Below, one piece after another: positions 38,903 to 49,691 of a DNA stretch of 64,000 nt (the first letter of the stretch is position 1; the number at the start of each line of letters is the position of its first letter). A model generated the notes under the pieces. The model saw only the letters and a program-made list of their open reading frames with translations, ran no database searches and was not told where the DNA came from. Origin of the DNA: an uncultured Chloroflexia bacterium (GTDB taxonomy: Bacteria > Chloroflexota > Limnocylindria > Limnocylindrales > CSP1-4); assembly GCA_963740825.1 (NCBI GenBank), contig CAVUFD010000002.1, forward strand, positions 1,070,990 to 1,134,989, given 5' to 3'. The position numbers and the translations under genes were made by a program.

Positions 38903-40921
38903 CTAGGGTGCGGGCGGCACCTCCGGGAGCGAGGCGAGGACGTCGAGGATGCCGTCGCCATACTTCTCGAGCTTGGCCGGGCCCATGCCCTTGACTCGTC
39001 GCAGGGCGCTGAGCGACGCCGGGCGGGCCTCGGCGATCGCGGCGAGCGTCGCGTCGTGGGCGATCACGTACGGGGGCATGCCCTCGTCGCGCGCGACTCC
39101 GGTGCGCCACTCGCGGAGGGCCGCGAAGACCGGGTCGCCGTCGTCGCCCGGTCGGGGTGCCCGGACGCGCGGCACCGGCGGGCCACCGAGGTCGCGCACC
39201 CGCGCAGGCCCGCGGACGTCCAGCAGGAACCGGCTCGGCTGACGGCGCGCCTCCCGGCCGCGGGTCTCGCGTCGCTCCGCCCAGGACAGTGCCAGGTGCA
39301 CGCGGGCGCGCGTGATCCCCACGTAGAGGAGGCGCCGCTCCTCGGCCAGGGCCTCGTCGCCGTCCAGCGCCTGGCGGATCGGCAGCGAGCCCTCCTCGAG
39401 CATCGGCAGGAAGACGGCGTCCCACTCGAGCCCCTTGGCCCGGTGGTAGGTCAGGAGGTTGACGCCGTCGCCGGCGTTGTCTCGTTCGTGCGCGGCTCGG
39501 GTCTCCAGCTCGGCGATGACACTCGACACATCGGCCGATGGTGTCGCGCGAACGAACGACGTGATGATGGCGAGCAGCGTCTCCAGCGACGACTGCCGCT
39601 CCTGGGCCTCGCGCCCCTCAGTCGCGGACGCCCCGTCTTCCTCGAAGCCCACGTCCTCGACCCATCGTCGCCTCGCGGCCCCGAGCAGCGCGAGCCCGGT
39701 CTCGTCGAGCCCGGGCCTCCGCAGGCTCGAGATCGCCGCTTTGACCTCGGGCCGGTCGTAGAACCGGACGCCGCGCACCTGGTACGCGATGGCGGCCTCG
39801 GTCAAGGCCGCCTCGATCGGCTCGATCTGGGCGTTCATCCGCACGAGCACGGCGATCTCGGCTGGGGCGGTGCCGTCGGCGATCAGGCCGCGCATCGCCG
39901 CGACCGCGTCGTCCAGCTCAGCCTCGGCGGAGGCATGCTTGGTGATCGTCGGCTGTGGGCCGGCGTCGCGGCTCGTCGACAGCCGTTTCGACCGGCCATC
40001 GGCCGCGATCAGCCGGTTGGCGAGCTCGAGGACCTGCGGCGTGGAGCGGTAGTTCCGCGTCAGATCGAGCACCCGGGCGCCGGGATGGCGCTCCGCGAAC
40101 GTGGTCAGGTAGTCGGACGACGCGCCGGTGAACGTGTAGATCGTCTGGTCGACGTCGCCGACGACGCACACGTCCGTTCGCTCGCCCAGCCACAGCTCGA
40201 GCAGCCGCTGCTGGAGCGGACTGGTGTCCTGGTATTCGTCGACGCTGAACCAGCGCTTCCGGGCGCGGACCGTCTCGGCGGCGTCGACGTCGTCCTCGAG
40301 CAGGCGGACGGTCTCGACGAGGAGGTCGTCGAAGTCCATCCGTCCCTGGCGGGTCTTCGCGCGCTCGTAGTTCTCGAAGGTGCGGACGAACAGGTCGACG
40401 GGGATCGGCGGCTCGCGGCCGGGCGCGACCCGGGCGACCGCGCGCTCGTACTCGCGCGGGCCGATCCGGCGCGACTTCGCCCACTCGATCTCGTCGGCCA
40501 GGTCCTTGGCCGGCGTGAATCGATAGTGGCCGGGCAGCTGCCGCGCGAGCCGGCCGAGGATCGGGATCTTGGAGTCGAGCAGCTGGGGGAGTGGCTGCCC
40601 GTCGTGGCGCGACGGCCAGAAGTGGCGCAGCTGGCTGAGCGCGTGCGCGTGAAACGTTCTGGCCGTCACCCCGGGCAGGCCCAGCGACCGCAGCCGCTCG
40701 ACCATCTCGCCCGCGGCCTTGTCGGTGAACGTGACCACCAGCACCTGGTCCGGCGGGACGACGTCGGTCGCGATCGCGTACGCAGTCCGTCGGCTGATCA
40801 CCCGCGTCTTGCCCGTTCCCGCGCCCGCCAAAATGGCGACCGGGCCGCTGGTCGCGACCACCGCCTCGCGCTGTTCGGGATCGAGGTCGTCGAGCAGGCG
40901 TTCGGGCTCCAGTCGCGGCAT
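38903..40921 (-). CDS. uvrD2: ATP-dependent DNA helicase UvrD2 (C-terminal HRDC)
   Basis: AGAGTGKT, VDEYQD, NYRSTPQ, HRAKGLEWD and EERRLLYVGITRA; HRDC PPYVIAHD. Confidence 0.9.
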   Translation of the reverse strand: MPRLEPERLLDDLDPEQREAVVATSGPVAILAGAGTGKTRVISRRTAYAIATDVVPPDQVLVVTFTDKAAGEMVERLRSLGLPGVTARTFHAHALSQLRHFWPSRHDGQPLPQLLDSKIPILGRLARQLPGHYRFTPAKDLADEIEWAKSRRIGPREYERAVARVAPGREPPIPVDLFVRTFENYERAKTRQGRMDFDDLLVETVRLLEDDVDAAETVRARKRWFSVDEYQDTSPLQQRLLELWLGERTDVCVVGDVDQTIYTFTGASSDYLTTFAERHPGARVLDLTRNYRSTPQVLELANRLIAADGRSKRLSTSRDAGPQPTITKHASAEAELDDAVAAMRGLIADGTAPAEIAVLVRMNAQIEPIEAALTEAAIAYQVRGVRFYDRPEVKAAISSLRRPGLDETGLALLGAARRRWVEDVGFEEDGASATEGREAQERQSSLETLLAIITSFVRATPSADVSSVIAELETRAAHERDNAGDGVNLLTYHRAKGLEWDAVFLPMLEEGSLPIRQALDGDEALAEERRLLYVGITRARVHLALSWAERRETRGREARRQPSRFLLDVRGPARVRDLGGPPVPRVRAPRPGDDGDPVFAALREWRTGVARDEGMPPYVIAHDATLAAIAEARPASLSALRRVKGMGPAKLEKYGDGILDVLASLPEVPPAP

Positions 40922-40978
40922 CGTCCGAGGCTAGCAGGCGCCGCTTACGTGAACCGCACGCCGCGAGGCGAGCAGGGT

Positions 40979-43532
40979 CTACTTGATGACGACCAGCGAA
41001 TCCAGGTCCACACGATGCCGGCCCGGCGTCCCCTCGACCTTGATCGTGATCTTCCGTTCGCTGCGCGTGGTCCACGAGCCGACCCACGCGACGACGGGAC
41101 TCGCGCTCTTCGGCGCCCAGAGATCGACCGTCGCGACCTTGTGCCCATCGATCCAGACCGACGCCCGGCCTCGACCGGGTCCACGCGCCGCGATCCACGC
41201 CACGCTCCATCCCTTGAATGTCATCGACGCCTTCGCGCCCGCTTCGTCAGATTTGGCGGCGGATCCACCGAGGAATGACGCCGACGACGCTGGCCTCCAG
41301 TCGCCACGATAGCGGATCGCCGCATTGGCCTCCGAGATTCGACGGAGGTCGTACACGATGCTCGACCGATACGTGCTCGTGTTCTGGTGCTCATCGGTCG
41401 CTCGGACATGGAACTGATATCGATGGTTGGGGACGAGCGACAGGTTCCACGACGGATGACACCAGATGGGCATCGAGCGTGATCCACTGTCCTCCGTCGA
41501 CCTGTCGAATGAGCGCGTAGTCACGGATCAGGCTGCCCGCGTCAGATGCCGTCCACGACAGGCGGATGTCGAACCTGCCGCCGGTCACCGGGTGGTAGTT
41601 CGGCATCGAAAGCCGAATCGGCCCGACAACGGGCGGGTTCGTGTCAGGGCCCGGCTCCTGGTTGTAGAAGATCGTCGACACGACGGGCTCCGACCAGTTG
41701 CCGGCGTCGTCCTTCCAGCGGGCCCAGACGGAGCGCGGGCCAGGATCAGGGCCGTACGCAGCCTGCGTCAGCGACCACGAGTTGTCCGGCATCGGGAAGT
41801 CGCTCGTCGTCCACGTCGCGCCGTCGGGCGAGACGGCAACCATCTTCACGCTGGTGACGGCGTCCTCGGCAGGAAGGTCGAGCAGGATCGAATCCGCCGC
41901 CGTCGACGTCGCTCCGCCGAGCAGCACGTTCCGCCCGACCGGGGGCGAGGTGTCGACGACGGTCATCGAGCGGATGGGCGATGTGGCGGACGCGACGTTG
42001 CGCCCGGCCGTGACCCTCCAGTAGTACGCCCCCGGCTCAAGGGTGTCGCGGGACACGCCCCAGCGTGCGTCAAAGGGGCCGAATTGAGTCGGCTCGGCGA
42101 AGTCGGAGGTCTTGCTCACCTCGACCGTGTAGATCCGCGAGGTCGCGTGCTCCGACCAGCGGAAGATGAGGTCGTCGTTGGCGACCGTGGCGCCGTCGGC
42201 GGGCTCGAGGAGGCCGACCGGGGCTTGGCCGGCTGTGGTGAATCCGCGAACCTCCGACCATGGGCCATGGGTATTCGACGGACCCGTCGCTCGGACTCGC
42301 CAGACGTAGGAGGTGGCCCCATCCAGGTTCCAGGTGACAGGCGGCAGCGAAGCGACGTTGTCGAAGGGCGTCGGGTCGTCGCTCCAGAACGGCTGCCCTT
42401 GCGGACTGACCTGGAGCTGGTACCCGACCGCGCCGGCGACGAGGTTGAACCTGAACGGGCCCGTGCTTGGCGTCACGCCGGTCGCCCCGTCCGCAGGCCC
42501 GGTGAGCTGAACGGCCGGGAGGTCGATCGCTGGCGCATCGGGCGCAGCCGGTGCCGCGTCATCGACGTGGACGGTGCGAGGCGCGGACCACGCCGTCAAC
42601 GCCGCGTCCTCGCCCATGGCCCGAACTCGCCATTGCAGCGTCGTGCCTGAAGCCGCCGACCAGGTTGCGGAGGTCGAATCGGTGTCGGTGCCGCCGATCG
42701 GGTTGGCGAAATTCGGATCGTCGGCCGCCGCGACCTGGACAAGGTAGCGCCGGGCGCCCGCCATCGGCGACCACACGAACCGCAGCGCGGACACCGTCGC
42801 GTCGTCGGCCGGAGAGACCACCGTGATGGTGTTGGGCCAGCGAACGGTGAATGACCGAGGAGACGACCACGGCCCGGCCGTGACCTGGCCGATGGACACG
42901 GCGCGGACCCGCCAGTACTGCTTCCTGCCTATGACGCCCAGCGGCACGCGGAGGGTCTCGGTATCGATGAGCGCATAGGCGAGGTTCGGGTCGGGGCCGG
43001 GGAACGACGGGTCGTCGGCGACCTGCACCTGGTAATGCCCGGCGTCGGGGATCGGCGACCAGCGGAGCAGCGCGAGGCCCGCTGGATAGTCGAGGATCGC
43101 GCCGTTGGCCGGCGCGATGAGGAGCGGCGCGCTGGTGAGTCCGGGGAGCACGATGAACTGGCGACTCGCCGACCAGGCTCCGCGCTGATGCTCGACGCCA
43201 ACCGCACGAACGTGCCAGTAGTAGACGTTCGGCCGGAGGTCCGGACACAGGAAGTGCGGTGGCTCGGTGTCGCCGCTGCACGCCGCCCCTCCGCTGAGTT
43301 GAGGGTTCGTGAAGACCTCGACCTCGTACGAGAGCGCGTTCGTCGTCGCGCCCCAGCGCAGGAGCGGATTGACGGCGGAGCTCGCACCGTCGGCAGGTTC
43401 GAGCAGCGCCGGTGCGGCGATCGTGCGTGGCTCAGACGGCCCGGCGAGCGCGGCCGCCGGGGCGACCATGCTCGAAAGGACGACAACCGCCGCTACCACC
43501 AGCGACCGTGCGGCGCGAGACGGCTTACCCAT
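40979..43532 (-). pseudogene. Large secreted Fn3/Ig-repeat protein split by a single frameshift near 41445-41465
   Basis: The 713-aa ORF has repeated P.L..PA.G/YYWRVRA/GPWS units. The ORF at 40979-41524 supplies the expected next strand (YQFHVRATD) and a GPGRGRASVWIDG C-terminal domain. May be an assembly indel. Confidence 0.75.
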
Positions 43533-43626
43533 GACCCCTCACTGTCCGCTGGGTGACGCCAGCGGTCAGGCACGATCCTACGGGTCTCCGTTCGGCTGTC
43601 CAGTCCCCATCTGGGGGCATCGGACG

Positions 43627-44325
43627 TCAGGGGTGCGCCACCTCCTGGCGACAGCGCTCGAGCTGCTCGACGAGCTCGCGCGGGCGGCTCAGGGCGACCA
43701 TGTGGCCGCCGTCGATCACGTCGACCTCGATGCCCACGCGGTCGCGGGCGACGCGGCGCTGGAAGTCGACCGGGAACAGGCGATCGTCGCGGCCGGCGAG
43801 CACCCGGGTCGGGACGTCGGGCCAGGCGTCCAGCGGCCAGGGTTGGCCCATGGGGGTCATCGACTGCTGCGGCTCGCCACGCGCGAACGCCTCCTCGACG
43901 ACGGGGTCCGGCACGTCGTGGAAATAGACGAGGCGGTCGTCCGAGGCGTCGGACTCGGACAGGCCGAGCGAGGCGAGGTACGTGCGATGTGCCTCGCCGC
44001 TGCCAGTGTTCCCCCACCAGTCGTTGCCGGTCTCGCCGGGGAGCGGGATCATCGCGTTGAGGAGGACGAGGAGGTCGATCGGGCGCCGCACACAGACGAG
44101 CGGCGCGGTGAAGCCCGCGAGCGACTGCGCGACGAGCACGACGTCGCGGCGATCGCCGATGGCCGCCACGACCGCATCGGCGTACTCGTTCCAGCCCGCG
44201 CCGTCATCGCCCGACGGGAGCTCGACGGGGATCGCGGCATGGCCCCTCGCCTCGAGCTCGCGCGCGACGAGGTGCCACTGCCAGGCGTCACCGCCGGCGC
44301 CGGGGATCAGGGCGTAGGTCGCCAC
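43627..44325 (-). CDS. Alpha/beta hydrolase
   Basis: LIPGAGG, AQSLAG, DRLFP and GGHM motifs. Confidence 0.88.
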   Translation of the reverse strand: MATYALIPGAGGDAWQWHLVARELEARGHAAIPVELPSGDDGAGWNEYADAVVAAIGDRRDVVLVAQSLAGFTAPLVCVRRPIDLLVLLNAMIPLPGETGNDWWGNTGSGEAHRTYLASLGLSESDASDDRLVYFHDVPDPVVEEAFARGEPQQSMTPMGQPWPLDAWPDVPTRVLAGRDDRLFPVDFQRRVARDRVGIEVDVIDGGHMVALSRPRELVEQLERCRQEVAHP

Positions 44326-44376
44326 GTTCGCCCTCCTTCTGCTCGGTTCGACGGTAACCCGCGGTCGCGACGGTCG

Positions 44377-45474
44377 TCAGGCTGGCGCAATCCGCTCGAC
44401 GACCTCGAGGCCGAGCCACGAGGCGAGTGCCTCGATCTCTGCGTCGACGGCCGCGGTGATGTCGCGGGTGAACGGGATGTCCTGGTGGACGGCGCGGACG
44501 CGGAGCGTCGAGGCCTTGTGGTCGGCGCTGGCGTCCAGCTTCCCGATGAGCCGGTCGTGGTGGAGGATCGGCAGCGCGAAGAAGCCCCAGCGTCGCTTCG
44601 CTTCGGGCTTGTACATCTCGAGGACGTACTCGAAGTCGAACAGGTCGACGGCCCGCTTGCGGTCGTAGGTCAGGCGGTCGAACGGCGACAGGAGCGCCGT
44701 GCGGCCCTCGAACGGTCGGCCCAGCTGCTCGGAGTCGACGCGCCAGGTGCCGCGGACACCCTCGACCGTCGCCGGCTCGCCGGCCTCGCCCACGACGTTC
44801 GAGTCGACCGGCACGGCCGTCCCCGTCCCGCGCGCGATGCCCAGCGAGCGCAGGCGTCGCTCGGCCCTGATCCGCTTCGCCTCGTCCGACGGGACGACCG
44901 CCGTGTCGGGCGGGTACACCCGCTCGGCGAGGTCCCAGAGGCGCTGCCGCCCCATTCGCGCCGAGATCGCGATGTCCCCGCGGAGGGCGAGGATCTCGAG
45001 CATCTGGGTCACGTTGCGGTCGTTGGTCCACCCAGTCGACGGCCACGGGACCTCGCTCGTGTCCGGGATGTCGCGCGACAACAATGGCCCCGATTCGCCG
45101 AGCCGCTCGAGGATGTCTCGTCGGAACCGATCGTTCGCCGCGAGCCAGTCCCGCGCCTTCTCGCCGGTGGGCCGGGCCGTCATGTCCGCGAGGAACAGGC
45201 GGAGGTCGCCCATGGGTCGGATCAGCGCGTCCAGCTCGAACAGCGTCCGATCCTGCTCCTGTGCCTGCTGCAGGTCAGCCGGCCGGTAGGTCGATCCAAG
45301 CCTGCTCCAGGCCACGAGGTCTGCGGTCGGCGCGACCGCGGCCGTCGGATCGATCTGCAGGAACGTCAACCGATCGACGACGTCGAGCAGGTCGGTGGGT
45401 CGCTTCGCATCGAGCAGCTGGGCGCGGATCGCGATCCGTCGCGCCTCCGCAAGCTCGAGTCGATGGGCGGCCAC
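44377..45474 (-). CDS. Crosslink-repair DNA glycosylase YcaQ/AlkZ family (winged helix HTH_42)
   Basis: LQIDPT, LLSPFDRL and EMYKPEAKRRWGFFALPIL motifs; start 45474 or 45486. Confidence 0.88.
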   Translation of the reverse strand: MAAHRLELAEARRIAIRAQLLDAKRPTDLLDVVDRLTFLQIDPTAAVAPTADLVAWSRLGSTYRPADLQQAQEQDRTLFELDALIRPMGDLRLFLADMTARPTGEKARDWLAANDRFRRDILERLGESGPLLSRDIPDTSEVPWPSTGWTNDRNVTQMLEILALRGDIAISARMGRQRLWDLAERVYPPDTAVVPSDEAKRIRAERRLRSLGIARGTGTAVPVDSNVVGEAGEPATVEGVRGTWRVDSEQLGRPFEGRTALLSPFDRLTYDRKRAVDLFDFEYVLEMYKPEAKRRWGFFALPILHHDRLIGKLDASADHKASTLRVRAVHQDIPFTRDITAAVDAEIEALASWLGLEVVERIAPA

Positions 45475-45594
45475 GTCCTCGAGCATACAAAGGCCGGCGG
45501 AGCCAAGCGTCGTGCCGCGCGCGATGGCGCCACGCTCATCGCGGGTGATACTGGTAAAGCAGGACGGACTGCCCGGCCGAAGGTAGGAGACAAC

Positions 45595-46008
45595 GTGAGC
45601 TACGACCTCATCGTGTGGCCGGTGGACCGGGCGCTGACCCTCGAGGAGGCCAAAGCCGAGGTCGAGCATCTCAGCGGCGGGCTCCAGTTCGGCCTCGGGC
45701 ACGACAAGCGTGTCGACCACTTCGTTGAGGTGATGCGAGAGCGCTACCCCGGCCTGCATGGGAACGAGGAGCATCGACCGTTCGAGTTCGACGTCATGCG
45801 CAAGCACGTGTTCGTCGGCGTTCCGGACTCGGCTGCGGTCCAGGTCGCCGAGGTGGTGGCTGACGCCGCCTGGACCGCGGGCGTTGCCGTGTTCGACCCC
45901 CAGCGCGAGGTCGTCGCGCTCCCGTCGCCCTTCGGCGACGCGCCGATGAGCCTCGACGGCATCGACACCCACGTCGCGGAAGCCGAGGCGCAAGCGGGGG
46001 ACCGATGA
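45595..46008 (+). CDS. Hypothetical 'YDLIVWP' domain protein
   Basis: AGGAGA RBS and GTG 45595; paralog of the N-terminus of the 28117 gene. Confidence 0.8.
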   Translation: MSYDLIVWPVDRALTLEEAKAEVEHLSGGLQFGLGHDKRVDHFVEVMRERYPGLHGNEEHRPFEFDVMRKHVFVGVPDSAAVQVAEVVADAAWTAGVAVFDPQREVVALPSPFGDAPMSLDGIDTHVAEAEAQAGDR

Positions 46009-46942
46009 GCCAGCCCACGTGACCCGTGGCGGACATTGATTCGGCGATCGATCGACTCCTCCGCGTCGCGGCCGCGCTCGACCTGCCGGCGCCGCTGAAC
46101 CCGGCGGCGAGGCTGAGCTTGAGGGGCTCCGCGCCGCAGTCCTGCCGCTCCGGCTGCCGAGTGACCTCGAGCGTCTGTGGCGCCGCCTCCAGGCCGGCCC
46201 GCCCGGGATGATCGACCGGCTCGACCTGATGCCGGTCTCGCAGGCGATCGAGTTCCGGGCCATCCAGGACGCGCCGAGTGCGCTGCTGACCGTCGCATAC
46301 GAGTCGCAGTGGTCCCGCGTCGTCGAGCTCGACGATCGGGATGGGACCGGTGGCGGCGCCGTGTGGGAGGGCGATGTCGGCGATTTCGAGCTGCGGGAGG
46401 TCGCGCCTTCGCTGGCCCAGCTGGTCGACGCCGTTGCGACCGCGATGGAACAGGGGATCGCCCGACCCTACGAAATCGGCGGGTTCCGGGTCCTCCAATG
46501 GGACGACGAGGCGTGGGATCGGATGAGGGCCGAACGCTGGCCGAACCGGCGAACGGTCAGTGTCCGGATCACTCGCTGGCTGCCGCGCTGGCTCGAGATC
46601 GAGGGCCTGGATCCGAGCGAGGCGCTCCCGCGCGGCGCCACGACCACGAGTGCGGCCCTCCGCGAGATGGGCACGGCGTGGACGGACACGGCGACGATCA
46701 GCGGGTCGATCCGGGGGCTGGTCGGGACCGCCGAGGGCGGCGGCGGACCGCTGGACGACGGCACCGGCCGGCTCTTCGTGTTCGTTCCACGGACCGCAGA
46801 CACGTTCCAGCTCCTGCAGAACGGCACGCCCCTCGAGCTCGATGTTCGCCCGTTCGACGACGGGGTCGAGGTCGGATCGACGTTCGATCGCTCAGTCTTC
46901 GAGGCGGTCGCGACGGCCGTGCGACGGGAAGAGAACCCTTGA
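46005..46942 (+). pseudogene. SMI1/KNR4-like protein with C-terminal OB-like region, disrupted near its 5' end
   Basis: Coupled ATG 46005 has an in-frame TGA at 46020. Joining frames near 46108 gives ..LNPA/EAELEGLRAAVLPLRLPSDLERLWR.., which continues into ORF 46208-46942. Confidence 0.6.
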
Positions 46943-47016
46943 CCGGAGATATTTGAACCGTCGGGTTGCTCGGCCCGCCGTAGGGTGTGACTCCTCCCTC
47001 GGCAGCCGAGGTCCGC

Positions 47017-47565
47017 ATGAGACTCGATCTGGTCGAACAGGCACGGCACGGCGATCGCGACGCGTTCGACGTGCTGATGCTCGATGTGATCGACCGGCTC
47101 TACGCCATCGCGCGGCTCGTCGCGCAGGACGCCGACGTCGCCGAGGACGCCGTCCAGGAGGCGCTCGTCCGCTGCTGGCGCGACCTGCCCGGGCTCCGCG
47201 ACACGACCAGGTTCGAGCCGTGGCTGCGCAGGCTGCTGCTCAACTCGATCGCTGAAGAGTTCCGGGGCCGACGCCGGTTCGAGGCGAAGGTCCGGGTCCT
47301 CAAGGTCGAGCCCGCGGTGCCCGATGCCGCCGACGACCTGGCGGACCGCGACGAGCTCCAGCGGGCCTTCCGGTCATTGTCGATCGACCATCGGACGATC
47401 ATCGTCCTCCACCACTACCTCGGCCTGTCGGTCGACGAGGCCGCGGCGAACCTCGGGATCCCGCCGGGCACCGCCAAGTCGCGGCTCCACTACGCGCTCG
47501 AGGCCCTCCGGGCGACGCTCGACTCGGACGCCCGCGAACCGTGGTCCGGGAGGCTGCACGCATGA
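47017..47565 (+). CDS. ECF RNA polymerase sigma factor
   Basis: AEDAVQEA, FEPWL and region 4 LGIPPGTAKSRLHYA. Confidence 0.92.
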   Translation: MRLDLVEQARHGDRDAFDVLMLDVIDRLYAIARLVAQDADVAEDAVQEALVRCWRDLPGLRDTTRFEPWLRRLLLNSIAEEFRGRRRFEAKVRVLKVEPAVPDAADDLADRDELQRAFRSLSIDHRTIIVLHHYLGLSVDEAAANLGIPPGTAKSRLHYALEALRATLDSDAREPWSGRLHA

Positions 47566-48515
47566 CCGACCGGCCGGACCTCGAGGCTCGCCTGACGCGG
47601 TTCCTCGTCGACGAGGCGCCCCCGCGCGCACCGGAGCGGCTCATCGATGCGGCTCGGAGCCGCGTCGCCGGCACGCGCCAGAACCGGCGGATCGGTGGGC
47701 TCGACTGGCGGCTACCGAGCTGGCTCCTGTCGCCCGCCGGGGCCGTGGCGGCCGTCGCGGTGATCGCGGTGCTCAGCACGGTGTTGTTCTTATCTGGCCG
47801 AAACGTACCGTCGGTCGGGTCCGGGCCGCCGACGCCGGCTCCGTCCGCCTCGCCGTCGTTGTCGACGTCGCCGTTCCCGTGCCCGTCCGGCTCGGGGACC
47901 TGCCTCGGGCTGCTCCAGCCCGGGACGCATCGGTCGACGTCGTTCCTTCCGGCCTTCAGCTACACCGTCGCCGGCGGCTGGGCGAACACCCTCGACGTCC
48001 GCGGCCAGCTGGATCTCTCGTACGCGACCGGCGGCGACTACACGTACCCGGACGGCCTCTCATTCCACGACGGGATCTCGATCTTCCGCATGCCCGTCGC
48101 CGAGTCGACGACGTCCAGGGCACCGCAAGCCGGCGTCGGGACCACGGCGAACGACCTCGCCCAGTGGCTCGTCGCCCACCCGGGCCTTGATGCCACCGCA
48201 CCGACGCCGGAGACCATCGGCGGGGCGACGGGATTCCGGCTGACCCTCACCGTCCCCACGGGGACCACGGCCACCTCGGATCACTGCTCGACCGACCACC
48301 GGGAGCCGCGGTGCGCGAGCCTGTTCCTCAGCTCGGACCCCGCCGCGACGTACGGATTCGGGCTGGTCGGCCCCGAGATCGCCGACGTCTTCCTGCTCGA
48401 CACGCCGTCGGGCGACACCGTGATGGTCGTCATCGACGACGTCGACGGTGTCGATCAGCCTCGGCTCGAAGCCGCAGCCATGCCGATCGTGAACAGCCTC
48501 TCGTTCTCTCGCTGA
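47562..48515 (+). CDS. Putative anti-sigma membrane protein
   Basis: ATGA-coupled to the sigma gene; short cytoplasmic N-terminus, one TM helix, extracytoplasmic domain. Confidence 0.7.
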   Translation: MTDRPDLEARLTRFLVDEAPPRAPERLIDAARSRVAGTRQNRRIGGLDWRLPSWLLSPAGAVAAVAVIAVLSTVLFLSGRNVPSVGSGPPTPAPSASPSLSTSPFPCPSGSGTCLGLLQPGTHRSTSFLPAFSYTVAGGWANTLDVRGQLDLSYATGGDYTYPDGLSFHDGISIFRMPVAESTTSRAPQAGVGTTANDLAQWLVAHPGLDATAPTPETIGGATGFRLTLTVPTGTTATSDHCSTDHREPRCASLFLSSDPAATYGFGLVGPEIADVFLLDTPSGDTVMVVIDDVDGVDQPRLEAAAMPIVNSLSFSR

Positions 48516-48540
48516 TCCCACCGGTTCGAAAAGGAGTGCC

Positions 48541-49677
48541 ATGCCTGTTCAACGACGCCCTCGTCCTGTCGTCCTCCTGGCTTCGCTCGTGATCGTCGCG
48601 GCCTGCGGCGGGACCGCGGTCGGGCCGTCTCCGAGCCCGGCGACCGCGAGCCCGGCGACCGCGAGCCCGGCGACCGCGAGCCCCTCGACGGGGTCAGTCC
48701 AACCGACGGCAGCTCCGTCGGCGAGCTCGACCGCATCAGTCGCGCCGGCACTCGAAGGTCAGATCGTGTTCGAGGACTCTGGCCAGGACTTCCAGCAGAG
48801 CCAGATCTGGCTCGAGAACGCCGACGGCACGAACGTCCGGCAGGTGGTCTCGGACCAGTCCACGGACAACAGCGCCTCGTTGTCGCCGGACGGCACGAAG
48901 ATCGTCTTCTACCGCGTGTTCACGGACTCCCCCGAAGCTGCGGTGGCAGATCCGAGCCTGTTCGGCACGCTCACGCTCGTGAACACCGACGGCTCGGATC
49001 TCCACGAGGTCGGCACCGCGGACCGCGCCAAGCTCTGCGACGTGGCGCCGGAGGGGGACGCGTGGTCGCCCGACGGCAGCCGCATCGCCTATGTGCGGTA
49101 CTGCTTCGACAAGAAGGCCCAGCCGGTCGAGGCGGGGGTTTGGACGCTCAAGGCCGATGGGACCGATGCACAACAGGTCACCCGCACCCTCCCCGACTCC
49201 AACGTCCAGGACCATCGCGTCGGCTGGTCGCCGGACGGCAAGTCACTGACGTTCGAGCGGATCGACACCTCGACGACCCCGGAACGCGCGGCCCTGTTCA
49301 CGATCGGCGTCGACGGCAAAGACCTGTTCCAGGTCACGCCGTGGTCGGTCGACGGCAACGATCCCGACTGGTCACCCGACGGCTCGCTGATCGTGTTCAA
49401 CGCCTCGGCGGAGCCCAGCCCCACGCAGAACATCTGGTCGATCCGCCCAGACGGCACCGGCCTCACCCAGCTCACGACCTACAACGAGCCCGGCCAGGCG
49501 ACCTTCCATCCGACGTGGTCGCCGGACGGCTCGCAGATCCTGTTCTCGCACAGCCCCTCGACCGACGGCTGGGGCGACTTCTTCGTCATGAACCGCGACG
49601 GCACCGACCAGCACGTGATCGCGAAGACAGCGATGCACGAGAACCACGGCCAGTGGGGCCCGAACGCGGCGCCGTAG
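48541..49677 (+). CDS. TolB-like PD40 beta-propeller lipoprotein
   Basis: Lipobox VAAC; repeated WSPDG motifs; AAGGAG RBS. Confidence 0.88.
   Translation: MPVQRRPRPVVLLASLVIVAACGGTAVGPSPSPATASPATASPATASPSTGSVQPTAAPSASSTASVAPALEGQIVFEDSGQDFQQSQIWLENADGTNVRQVVSDQSTDNSASLSPDGTKIVFYRVFTDSPEAAVADPSLFGTLTLVNTDGSDLHEVGTADRAKLCDVAPEGDAWSPDGSRIAYVRYCFDKKAQPVEAGVWTLKADGTDAQQVTRTLPDSNVQDHRVGWSPDGKSLTFERIDTSTTPERAALFTIGVDGKDLFQVTPWSVDGNDPDWSPDGSLIVFNASAEPSPTQNIWSIRPDGTGLTQLTTYNEPGQATFHPTWSPDGSQILFSHSPSTDGWGDFFVMNRDGTDQHVIAKTAMHENHGQWGPNAAP
48632..48683 (+). repeat. 15-bp tandem repeat (3.5 copies) encoding (SPATA)n linker
   Basis: CGAGCCCGGCGACCG x3 plus a partial copy. Confidence 0.9.
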
Positions 49678-49691
49678 GCGGCCGACGCCCG

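Noticed and set aside
38201-41278. 1025-aa plus-strand ORF
   Set aside because: Antisense shadow of uvrD2 and the LLM gene; no motifs; typical of high-GC DNA.
43309-45594. Upstream part of the 899-aa ORF 43309-46008
   Set aside because: Antisense to the hydrolase and ycaQ genes; only the portion from GTG 45595 has an RBS and a paralog.
46020-46022. Selenocysteine or read-through TGA
   Set aside because: No Cys-type redox context; a nearby frameshift makes indel error or decay more likely.
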